Source: Candidatus Nanopelagicales bacterium (GTDB lineage: Bacteria; Actinomycetota; Actinomycetes; S36-B12; UBA5976). Taken from it: DNA of 36,843 nucleotides. The DNA is taken from positions 1 through 36,843 of the forward strand of contig JBIIAS010000002.1 in assembly GCA_044239795.1 (NCBI GenBank). The letters are read 5' to 3'. A program made the position numbers and the translations under genes. The notes beneath the pieces were generated by a model that saw only the letters and a program-made list of their open reading frames with translations, was not told the DNA's origin and did not search any database. Below, one piece after another: positions 29,452 to 36,843 of the stretch (the stretch's first letter is position 1; each line of letters opens with the position of its first letter).

Positions 29452-30539
29452 TGGCTAGTTTGAGTGAACTAGGTAATAGCCTCTACCGCGGCGACGTTTC
29501 CTACAACATTGTTGGGCGGCGCAAAGCTTGGTATTTGGTATCAGCGATTCTGCTTATTCTTTCGATTGCAACTCTTGGAGTTCGCGGATTGAATCTTGGT
29601 ATTGAATTCAAGGGTGGCGCGGAGTTCTCGGTGCCACTAACTGTGGCCAATGATGAATCCGTTTCGCAGGCTCGTGAAACAGTTCTGGCAGCAGGCGAGA
29701 CACCATCAACCATCACGATTATTGGTGGCGACACGATTCGAATCCAGACACCAGCATTGTCTACTGACGCCTCAAATGCGTTGAGTGCTGCCTTAGCTGA
29801 ATCATTTGCTGTCGAGGAAGCGAACATCAAGGTCCAGCTTGTTGGGCCAAGTTGGGGCGATGAGGTAACGCAGAACGCTATCCGAGCTTTGATTGTTTTC
29901 TTGGTTTTGGTTGCGATCTTCCTTTCCATCTACTTTGAATGGCAAATGGCAATTGCAGCTTTGGTTGCATTGGCTCACGACGTTCTGATTACCGTAGGCA
30001 TCTATGCGTTAAGCGGATTCGAGGTAACCCCGGCTAGCGTCATTGGTTTCTTGACGATTCTCGGCTATTCGCTCTATGACACTGTGGTGGTTTTCGACAA
30101 GGTTAAAGAAAATACCAAGGGTATTCACGGCGGATCTCGCACTACCTACAGCGAAGCTGCAAACCTAGCTTTGAACCAGACTCTGGTACGAAGCATAAAT
30201 ACTTCGATCGTGGCGTTGCTTCCTGTGCTTTCGATTCTGGTTGTAGGTGTGTCACTACTGGGCGTTGGCACACTAAACGACTTGGCATTGGCGCTCTTTG
30301 TGGGCATGCTCGTGGGAACGTTCTCATCTATCTTCATCGCAACACCTTTCTTGTGTCAGATGAAGGAAAAGGCTCCAGAAAACATTGCGTTAGCCAATCG
30401 AGTTAAGGCTCGTCGCAAGAGTGGTGACGCCGGAAACGACATCAAGCTTGAGGTTTCGGTTGGTGCTCCAATTGTTTCGTCCGCAGGACCAAGACAGCAA
30501 CAGGTCAAGAAAACGCGCTCTCGTAGAAACGGAAAGTAA
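29451..30539 (+). CDS. secF: protein translocase subunit SecF
   Basis: 362-aa ORF with TAATG overlap with secD. It has GIEFKGGAEF and a six-TM SecF core, followed by a basic C-terminal tail. Confidence 0.95.
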   Translation: MASLSELGNSLYRGDVSYNIVGRRKAWYLVSAILLILSIATLGVRGLNLGIEFKGGAEFSVPLTVANDESVSQARETVLAAGETPSTITIIGGDTIRIQTPALSTDASNALSAALAESFAVEEANIKVQLVGPSWGDEVTQNAIRALIVFLVLVAIFLSIYFEWQMAIAALVALAHDVLITVGIYALSGFEVTPASVIGFLTILGYSLYDTVVVFDKVKENTKGIHGGSRTTYSEAANLALNQTLVRSINTSIVALLPVLSILVVGVSLLGVGTLNDLALALFVGMLVGTFSSIFIATPFLCQMKEKAPENIALANRVKARRKSGDAGNDIKLEVSVGAPIVSSAGPRQQQVKKTRSRRNGK

Positions 30540-30545
30540 GGCAAC

Positions 30546-31073
30546 ATGGATCGCGCTGGAGTCACCGCTTTAATTGCTGAGATTCCCGATTATCCACTGC
30601 CTGGAGTTGTCTTCAAAGACGTAACTCCGATTTCTGCAGATCCAGATGCTGCTCACTGGGTCAACAGCGAGATCGCCACACGTTTTAATGAATCAGGCAT
30701 TACTCACATAGTTGGTGTTGAAGCGCGTGGATTTATCCTGGGAGCATCATTAGCAGCCCACATGCACCTTGGGTTTGTACCCATTCGTAAAAGTGGCAAA
30801 CTGCCACGAGCAACCTACCGTGCTGAATACGAACTCGAATATGGCGCGGACTCGATCGAGATTCATCAAGATGCCCTGACCAATAACGACCGCGTGCTTA
30901 TCGTTGATGATGTGCTGGCTACTGGTGGCACAGCCTGTGCAGCAATTGACTTGATTCAAGAGTGTGGCGCTGAAGTAATGGGAATCGCAGTACTTCTAGA
31001 TCTTGCATTTCTCGGTGGCAGCGCAAAAGTTGCCAGTCGAGACTCGAGAATTGACGTCTTCGCCGTCCTGTAG
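30546..31073 (+). CDS. apt: adenine phosphoribosyltransferase
   Basis: 175-aa ORF with FKDVTPI, GVEARGF and the PRPP-binding loop VLIVDDVLATGGT. Confidence 0.95.
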   Translation: MDRAGVTALIAEIPDYPLPGVVFKDVTPISADPDAAHWVNSEIATRFNESGITHIVGVEARGFILGASLAAHMHLGFVPIRKSGKLPRATYRAEYELEYGADSIEIHQDALTNNDRVLIVDDVLATGGTACAAIDLIQECGAEVMGIAVLLDLAFLGGSAKVASRDSRIDVFAVL

Positions 31074-31109
31074 TTTTCCAAATAGAATGTGGGTAACTAG
31101 GGAGGCGTT

Positions 31110-33341
31110 ATGACAACTGAATTGTCAGCTAACTTGCCTCTTGCCCTAGCAGAGCGGTTCCCGCAAGGCATAGAAACTCCAGTCCCGGATCAATTGCGCG
31201 AAGTCCTGGATACCTTGCATAAATTTCACCCTGGAAGCGACGAATCCGAAATCATTCGGGCCTATCAAACTGCGGACTACCTACACCGCGCTCAGAATCG
31301 CAAGTCTGGCGAACAATACATAACTCACCCAATAGCGGTGGCTGGAATGTTGGCTGAACTTGGTATGACATCTCCAACTATCATTGCCGCCCTGCTACAT
31401 GACACTGTTGAAGATACTGAATACGACTTGGAACATTTACGACTTGACTTCGGTGATGAAGTTGCCGGATTAGTCGATGGAGTTACCAAGCTAGACAAAG
31501 TTAAGTATGGTCAAGCATCTGCTTCAGAAACTGTTCGCAAGATGGTTGTGGCTATGGCTCGGGACATCCGAGTTTTGGTTATCAAGTTAGTAGACCGTCA
31601 GCACAACATGCGCACTCTTTCATTCTTGTCCGCTGAAAAGCAGGAGCAGAAGGCCCGTGAGACATTAGAAATCTACGCACCGTTAGCTCACCGACTGGGC
31701 ATGAACTCAGTTAAGTGGGAATTAGAGGATTTAGCCTTTGCATCGCTTTACCCAAAGATGAGCGATGAGATTGCACGGTTAGTTGCGCAGCGCGCACCCG
31801 CTCGTGACGAGAGCCTTAAGACAATTGTTGATTTAGTCGATGCGGATCTGGTTGACAATGAAGTGAAGGCAACAGTTAGTGGCCGACCGAAGCATTTTTA
31901 TAGCATCTATCAAAAAATGATTGTTCGAGGTCGTGACTTCGATGACATCTACGACTTGATCGGCGTGCGAATCTTGGTTGATAGCGTCCAAGACTGCTAC
32001 GCAACCTTGGGAATCATTCACAATCGTTGGAACCCAGTGCCAGGAAGATTTAAAGATTACATCGCGATGCCGAAATTCACGATGTACCAGTCATTGCACA
32101 CCACGGTCATTGGTCCAAATGGCAAGCCAGTCGAATTTCAAATTCGAACTCAAGAGATGCACCGAGCTGCTGAGTATGGTGTGGCATCTCATTGGCGTTA
32201 CAAGCAGGACAAGGTCGCAGGTAAAGATGGACCAGATGATCTTGGCTGGGTTCGCCAGCTTTTGGATTGGCAGCGGGAAACTGCAGATCCAGGGGAGTTC
32301 CTGGACTCACTGCGCGACGACTTAGGTGCTGCTGAAGTTTATGTGTTCACACCAAAGGGTGAAGTAATGGCACTTCCCGCAGGAAGTACACCGATTGACT
32401 TTGCTTACAGCGTGCACACTGAAGTCGGAAATAGATGCGTTGGATCGCGAATTAATGGCAAACTTGCACCACTAGACACCAAGTTAGCCAACGGTGACAA
32501 CGTAGAGATCATCACCAATAAGTCAGACACCGCAGGCCCATCGCGAGACTGGATCAACATAGTTGCAAGTGCTCGCGCTAAGTCCAAGATCAAAGCATGG
32601 TTCTCGAAAGAGCGTCGGGAAGAGGCAATTGAGACTGGCAAGGAAGCCATAGTCCGAGCCATGAAGAAGGGCGGAGTTCCGCTTAGATTGCTTACCAACA
32701 GCATGCTCAACACGCTTGCCTTGGAGTCCAACTACGCAGATGTAAGTTCGCTCTACGCCGCGGTTGGTGAAGGTCATTTAGGTGCCCAAACAGTTGTAAC
32801 AAGGCTGACTGCATCTCTTGGTGGCGACGAAGGCTTGATTGAAGATGCTTCAGAGCAGGTTCTGCCTAGTCGCGTTGCCAACCGTCGCGATGCAAAGCCT
32901 GATCCAGGCATCACAGTGATCGGAGCCGACGATACTTGGGTTAAGTTGTCGCGTTGCTGCACTCCAGTGCCAGGCGATGAGGTGCTTGGTTTCGTAACTC
33001 GTGGCTCAGGGATTTCAGTACACCGAACTGATTGCGTGAATGCGGATGATTTGAGAACACAACCAGAACGATTGGTTGAAGTAGCTTGGACGCCAGGCAA
33101 GAGCAGCATTTTCCTTGTCAATATCCAAGTTGAAGCGCTTGATCGAGCTCGATTACTTTCGGATGTAACTCGAGCGCTATCAGATCAACACGTCAACATT
33201 TTGAATGCATCGGTAACTACAACAAAAGACCGAGTTGCTATTTCACGTTTTACATTTGAGATGGGGGATCCATCCCATTTAAATCAAGTGTTGCGGGCCG
33301 TGAAGGGTATCGACGGCGTTTACGACGTTTATCGCGTCTGA
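31110..33341 (+). CDS. relA: bifunctional (p)ppGpp synthetase/hydrolase (RelA/SpoT homolog)
   Basis: 743-aa ORF with an HD hydrolase domain ([11 protein letters not shown]...LLHDTVEDT), a synthetase domain ([12 protein letters not shown]...DLIGVRILV...YQSLHTTV), TGS ([25 protein letters not shown]) and a C-terminal ACT domain. Confidence 0.97.
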   Translation: MTTELSANLPLALAERFPQGIETPVPDQLREVLDTLHKFHPGSDESEIIRAYQTADYLHRAQNRKSGEQYITHPIAVAGMLAELGMTSPTIIAALLHDTVEDTEYDLEHLRLDFGDEVAGLVDGVTKLDKVKYGQASASETVRKMVVAMARDIRVLVIKLVDRQHNMRTLSFLSAEKQEQKARETLEIYAPLAHRLGMNSVKWELEDLAFASLYPKMSDEIARLVAQRAPARDESLKTIVDLVDADLVDNEVKATVSGRPKHFYSIYQKMIVRGRDFDDIYDLIGVRILVDSVQDCYATLGIIHNRWNPVPGRFKDYIAMPKFTMYQSLHTTVIGPNGKPVEFQIRTQEMHRAAEYGVASHWRYKQDKVAGKDGPDDLGWVRQLLDWQRETADPGEFLDSLRDDLGAAEVYVFTPKGEVMALPAGSTPIDFAYSVHTEVGNRCVGSRINGKLAPLDTKLANGDNVEIITNKSDTAGPSRDWINIVASARAKSKIKAWFSKERREEAIETGKEAIVRAMKKGGVPLRLLTNSMLNTLALESNYADVSSLYAAVGEGHLGAQTVVTRLTASLGGDEGLIEDASEQVLPSRVANRRDAKPDPGITVIGADDTWVKLSRCCTPVPGDEVLGFVTRGSGISVHRTDCVNADDLRTQPERLVEVAWTPGKSSIFLVNIQVEALDRARLLSDVTRALSDQHVNILNASVTTTKDRVAISRFTFEMGDPSHLNQVLRAVKGIDGVYDVYRV

Positions 33342-33348
33342 TTTAGGT

Positions 33349-34578
33349 TTAGCCTAAAGTCGCAGCACCAGAGCGTGCAGCTTCTAGCAGGCCTTGGGCT
33401 TGGGCAATCTGGGCCTCTAACTTTGATACGTCTGCTGATTTACCAGCTGTTGCAGCAGCAGCTTTTTGCTTCTCAAGTTTGGCAATGCTGGCTTCAAATG
33501 AGTTAACAAGTGAGTTGGCACGATCCACAACTTCTGGCTTGGAGCGGTGCCACTGCTCTTCTTGAACCTTGCGAATCGCATCTTCAACAGCCTTTAGTCG
33601 GCGCTCTACCTTGTCCTTGTCGTTACGCGGTACGTGCCCAGCTTTTTCCCAAGCTTCTTGGATCTCGCGAAGTGCAGCCTTCGCTGAATCAACGTTAGTA
33701 ATTGGCAGTAATGCCTCTGCCTTTTTAAGTAGCTCAAGTTTTACTTCAAGATTCTTGGTGAATTCTTCGTCACGCACCGAGTTGGCGGCATTGCGATTAG
33801 CAAAGAATTTGTCTTGTGCAGCCTTGAACTCTGCCCAGAGTTTCTCTTCTTGACCCTTGGCAGCGCGAGCAGTTGCTTTCCATTCGTCCATAAGCTTCTT
33901 ATAGGCCGTTGTTGTGTTGGCCCATTCAGTCGAGCTTGCTAACTCATCAGCCTTCTTGATCAATGACTTCTTGGCGTTAACTGCTTCGGTGCGTCCAGCA
34001 TCCAGGGTGGAAAAGTACGCACGTCGAGCCTTGTCGAAAGCGGATCGAGCGTGACTAAAGCGCTTCCAAAGCTCTTGTTCTTTAGCGCGATCAGCATTTG
34101 GAAGTTTCTTCCATTGATCTAGCAATTCTTTGTACTTCTCGCCAGTAACTTTCCAAGCATTTGAATTAGCCATGGACTCAGCGAGGGCAACAATTTCTTC
34201 ACGCTTTGCTAGTGCTGCGGCCTTGGCCTCGGCCTTCTTTGCGCTAGCTGCTGCCTTGTGTGCTTCAAAACCAGCCAGCAATGACTCTTTACCGGCGCGA
34301 ATCTTGTCGAAGTCACCAAGCAGGTTCGGACTTTCTAATGTCTTATCAATGCGCTCAATAAGAGCAGTGATGGATTCAACGTTGCTTTTGCCATCTTTCA
34401 GGCGTGCGGCAGCAAGTTCAATCTCAGAAATCAGGTCGTGATAGCGCTTGGTAAAGAAAGCCAAACCTTCGTTTGGTTCACCAGCTGCGTACTGACCAAT
34501 CTTGGTGGCGCCCGAAGGACCATTTAGGAATACATTTCCTTCGTCATCTACATAGCCAAACTCGTTAGTTGTTGTCAT
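33349..34578 (-). CDS. DUF349 domain-containing protein
   Basis: 409-aa highly helical K/E/A-rich ORF with reiterated W-x-K/A...E-x-LW-x-F...F units (WKKLPNADRAKEQELWKRFSHARSAFDKA; WKATARAAKGQEEKLWAEFKAAQDKFFANR; WEKAGHVPRNDKDKVERRLKAVED). These are characteristic of DUF349 repeats. Confidence 0.8.
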   Translation of the reverse strand: MTTTNEFGYVDDEGNVFLNGPSGATKIGQYAAGEPNEGLAFFTKRYHDLISEIELAAARLKDGKSNVESITALIERIDKTLESPNLLGDFDKIRAGKESLLAGFEAHKAAASAKKAEAKAAALAKREEIVALAESMANSNAWKVTGEKYKELLDQWKKLPNADRAKEQELWKRFSHARSAFDKARRAYFSTLDAGRTEAVNAKKSLIKKADELASSTEWANTTTAYKKLMDEWKATARAAKGQEEKLWAEFKAAQDKFFANRNAANSVRDEEFTKNLEVKLELLKKAEALLPITNVDSAKAALREIQEAWEKAGHVPRNDKDKVERRLKAVEDAIRKVQEEQWHRSKPEVVDRANSLVNSFEASIAKLEKQKAAAATAGKSADVSKLEAQIAQAQGLLEAARSGAATLG

Positions 34579-34628
34579 GACGTGTCCTTTTGTTCGGGTC
34601 CCATTTGGGCTCTTGGGGTGCCATCCAA

Positions 34629-35426
34629 TTATGGCGTAGTTGAAGCCTTGCTAATTACGACTGCTTGAGACGGAAGACCATCCGAAGATCCATCCAAAAC
34701 CCCAGCGGATGCAACGTTATCTAGAACATCTAGGCCTTCAGTGATTTGTCCCCAGACTGAGTAGTTGGGCGGCAACGGCGAATCTTGGTAAACCAAGAAG
34801 AACTGGCTGCCATTGGTATTTGGGCCACTGTTGGCCATAGCAACAGTGCCGCGTGGGTAAACATAAGTTCCATCGGCTCCTGCAGCTGGCAAATTCTCAT
34901 CATCAAAATCGAAACCTGGACCGCCTGTGCCATCACCAGCAGGATCACCACACTGAAGAACGAAGATGCCTTGCGTGGTCAAGCGATGACACGAAGTGTT
35001 GTTGTAGAAACCCTGGTTAGCTAACCAAGCAATTGTTCCAACAGTCTTGGGAGCATTTTCATCTGCAGCAAACTTAATTTCGCCACAGTTTGTTTCAATA
35101 TTGAATTCACTAGCAGTTGGCAGGTCAGAAGTTACGCTGCCATAAGTTATGTTGTCCGCGCGGACTACGCCAGGTTCTTGGCAACCCGGAATCGGAGCAT
35201 TTGTTGAGATCGAAACTGGCTCTGGAGTTTCTGGTGCACTAGAAGAAGGCTCAGCAACGATTTGGTCAGTCTGGTTTTGGTAGGTAACGAAACCTATGGT
35301 GCCAATGAATAGCAAACCCAAAACCACAGCGCTTATGAAACGATTCCGAACCCTGCGGTGGGCGCGTCGTTCTTGCTGCCGAGCAAACTTGGCTCTGGCT
35401 AGTTCACGTTCTCGTTTTGAAGGCAC
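34629..35426 (-). CDS. ppiB: membrane-anchored cyclophilin-type peptidyl-prolyl cis-trans isomerase
   Basis: 265-aa ORF with a basic N-terminal tail, one TM helix and a cyclophilin core (CHRLTTQGIFVLQCGDPAGDGTGGPG, GTVAMANSGPNTNGSQFFLV). Same position as mycobacterial PpiB near relA and hisS. Confidence 0.9.
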   Translation of the reverse strand: MPSKRERELARAKFARQQERRAHRRVRNRFISAVVLGLLFIGTIGFVTYQNQTDQIVAEPSSSAPETPEPVSISTNAPIPGCQEPGVVRADNITYGSVTSDLPTASEFNIETNCGEIKFAADENAPKTVGTIAWLANQGFYNNTSCHRLTTQGIFVLQCGDPAGDGTGGPGFDFDDENLPAAGADGTYVYPRGTVAMANSGPNTNGSQFFLVYQDSPLPPNYSVWGQITEGLDVLDNVASAGVLDGSSDGLPSQAVVISKASTTP

Positions 35427-35499
35427 AATTCATCATTCTACGGTGCCCTAGATATGAGCAAATTCGCGGTAGCCTAGGGGAAATCCAAGTAACAGGTGC

Positions 35500-36195
35500 G
35501 TGATTATGTTAATCAAGAGTTTCGGAGCAGGCCCATGGCAAACGAATTGTTATGTCATTGCGCCTAGTGCCAATTCGGAATGCATCATCATCGATCCAGG
35601 CCTAGGTAGCGCCCCAGGGATCAAGGAAATCATCTCCGAACACAATCTAAAGCCGATTGCCACAATGTTGACGCACGGTCACATCGATCACATGTGGTCA
35701 ATATTCCCAGTAGCAACTGGTTACGGAATCCCTGCCTACATCCACGGATCTGATCGATTCCTCCTAAATGACCCAGGTGCTGGCGTTTCCATTGAGACCA
35801 AGAATGCTCTGATGGAAATGATGGCCAGCGATGATGTGTTTGCTGAACCTGAAGACACCAGAGAAGTTACTGATCACATGACAATGGAACTTGCTGGACT
35901 TAAGTTCACTGTGCTGCACGCGCCTGGTCACACACAAGGATCAATCCTTTTTGATTTCGAAGGCGACGTGAATAACGTGTTCACTGGTGACGTCCTTTTT
36001 GCAGGTGCTATTGGTCGTACCGATTTACCCGGTAGCTCGCCAGCTGACATGGATACTTCACTGCGCGATGTGGTTTTGAATTTGCCTGATTCTTCTTTGG
36101 TATTCCCAGGTCACGGTCCAGCTAGCAACATGACAGTTGAAAAAAGCAATAACGAATACTTGCTGCGAGTTGCAAAAGGTCTAAGCGCAATATGA
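35500..36195 (+). CDS. MBL-fold metallo-hydrolase (glyoxalase II-like)
   Basis: 231-aa ORF with the HxHxDH motif (THGHIDHM), later HAPGHTQGS and a TGD...GR segment. The true start may be the ATG at 35506, preceded by AGGTG, rather than the GTG at 35500. Confidence 0.85.
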   Translation: MIMLIKSFGAGPWQTNCYVIAPSANSECIIIDPGLGSAPGIKEIISEHNLKPIATMLTHGHIDHMWSIFPVATGYGIPAYIHGSDRFLLNDPGAGVSIETKNALMEMMASDDVFAEPEDTREVTDHMTMELAGLKFTVLHAPGHTQGSILFDFEGDVNNVFTGDVLFAGAIGRTDLPGSSPADMDTSLRDVVLNLPDSSLVFPGHGPASNMTVEKSNNEYLLRVAKGLSAI

Positions 36196-36843
36196 CCGAA
36201 CTCTTTAAGGCTCCAAAAGGAACCTACGACGTAACGCCTCCGTTTTCCGCGCTGTGGCTAAAAGTTCGCGACTCACTTTCAGCGCCTCCAAAAAATTCTG
36301 GCTACGGATATATAGAAACACCGATTTTCGAAGATACAGCCCTTTTTGTTCGTGGTGTTGGTGAATCTACTGATGTGGTTTCCAAAGAGATGTACACCTT
36401 TGAAGACAAAGGTGGCCGCAGCTTGACCTTAAAGCCAGAAGGTACCGCTGGCGTACTTCGCGCAATGTTAGAAAATCGAATGGATCGGGGAGCGCTACCT
36501 GCAAAGGTTTGGTACACCGGTCCGCACTTTAGATACGAACAGCCTCAGTCAGGTCGTTATCGCCAGCACACTCAAGTGGGCGTAGAAACGATCGGATCAT
36601 CAGATCCCGCACTTGATGCCGAAGTTATTTGGATGGCTCATCACGCGCAACGAAACATTCTGGGACTTAAGCAAGTTCGAATTTTGGTTAACTCACTTGG
36701 CTGCCATGAATGTCGACCTGGCTATCGAAAGTTATTAGTTGAGTTTTTGAACAAGTGCGATTTGGACGAAGCTACTAGAGCTAGGGCAGAGATTAATCCA
36801 CTGCGCGTCCTCGATGACAAGCGTCAAGCCGTCCAAGATCAAT
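36192..36843 (+). CDS. hisS: histidine--tRNA ligase (5' partial, continues beyond the window)
   Basis: Not in the ORF track because no stop falls within the window. My translation from the ATG at 36192 (ATGA overlap with the MBL gene) gives [17 protein letters not shown]...[11 protein letters not shown]...[26 protein letters not shown]...[26 protein letters not shown]. These are HisS class II motifs 1 and 2. Confidence 0.9.
   Translation, partial: MTELFKAPKGTYDVTPPFSALWLKVRDSLSAPPKNSGYGYIETPIFEDTALFVRGVGESTDVVSKEMYTFEDKGGRSLTLKPEGTAGVLRAMLENRMDRGALPAKVWYTGPHFRYEQPQSGRYRQHTQVGVETIGSSDPALDAEVIWMAHHAQRNILGLKQVRILVNSLGCHECRPGYRKLLVEFLNKCDLDEATRARAEINPLRVLDDKRQAVQDQ

Noticed and set aside
29501-29929. 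Long antisense ORFs. Examples: 29501..29929 opposite secF, 17512..17931 opposite thrS, 14641..15045 and 15827..16213 opposite pabB/pabC/PGPGW, 1823..2185, 21930..22271, 32774..33121, and the plus-strand ORFs inside the DUF349 gene
   Set aside because: Each lies entirely within a confidently identified gene on the other strand. They have no recognisable motifs or RBS and show the biased composition typical of shadow frames.
1-36843. Search for mobile elements, CRISPR arrays, integrases, defence or toxin-antitoxin modules, and biosynthetic clusters
   Set aside because: Every ORF longer than about 110 aa on the assigned strand is a recognisable housekeeping or conserved actinobacterial gene in conserved synteny. 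I saw no direct-repeat arrays, terminal inverted repeats or recombinase-like ORFs.

Overview
This window is a densely packed, almost entirely housekeeping segment of an actinobacterial chromosome. The gene order matches two conserved Actinobacteria blocks. The first is DUF4193-DUF3093-dut-DUF3710-DUF3159-RNA methyltransferase...dxs-rnd-DUF3000. The second is thrS-HIT-pgsA-patA-pimA...pdxS-pdxT-yebC-ruvCAB-secDF-apt-relA-ppiase-MBL-hisS, comparable to M. tuberculosis Rv2580c-Rv2614c and Rv2680-Rv2699c. By eye the GC content is unusually low for an actinobacterium. Together with many ATGA/TAATG start-stop overlaps, intergenic regions of 110 bp or less and three convergent gene overlaps, this suggests a streamlined lineage such as freshwater acI/Nanopelagicales-like; that is inference only. 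I call 40 CDSs (one partial), a Gly-Cys-Val tRNA cluster, a LexA/SOS box in front of ruvC, an 18-bp perfect palindrome at the acnA promoter, and one probable leaderless promoter. I see no mobile elements, CRISPR, defence islands, toxin systems or secondary-metabolite genes, and no convincing novel multi-gene system. The most unusual item is a 344-aa ORF on the opposite strand inside the thrS-HIT-pgsA cluster. It reads like a truncated EF-G-type G domain with all nucleotide-binding motifs degenerated. The other findings are modest: regulatory sites, a missing yajC, orphan ORFs translationally coupled to acnA and pimA, and a low-complexity SecD linker.
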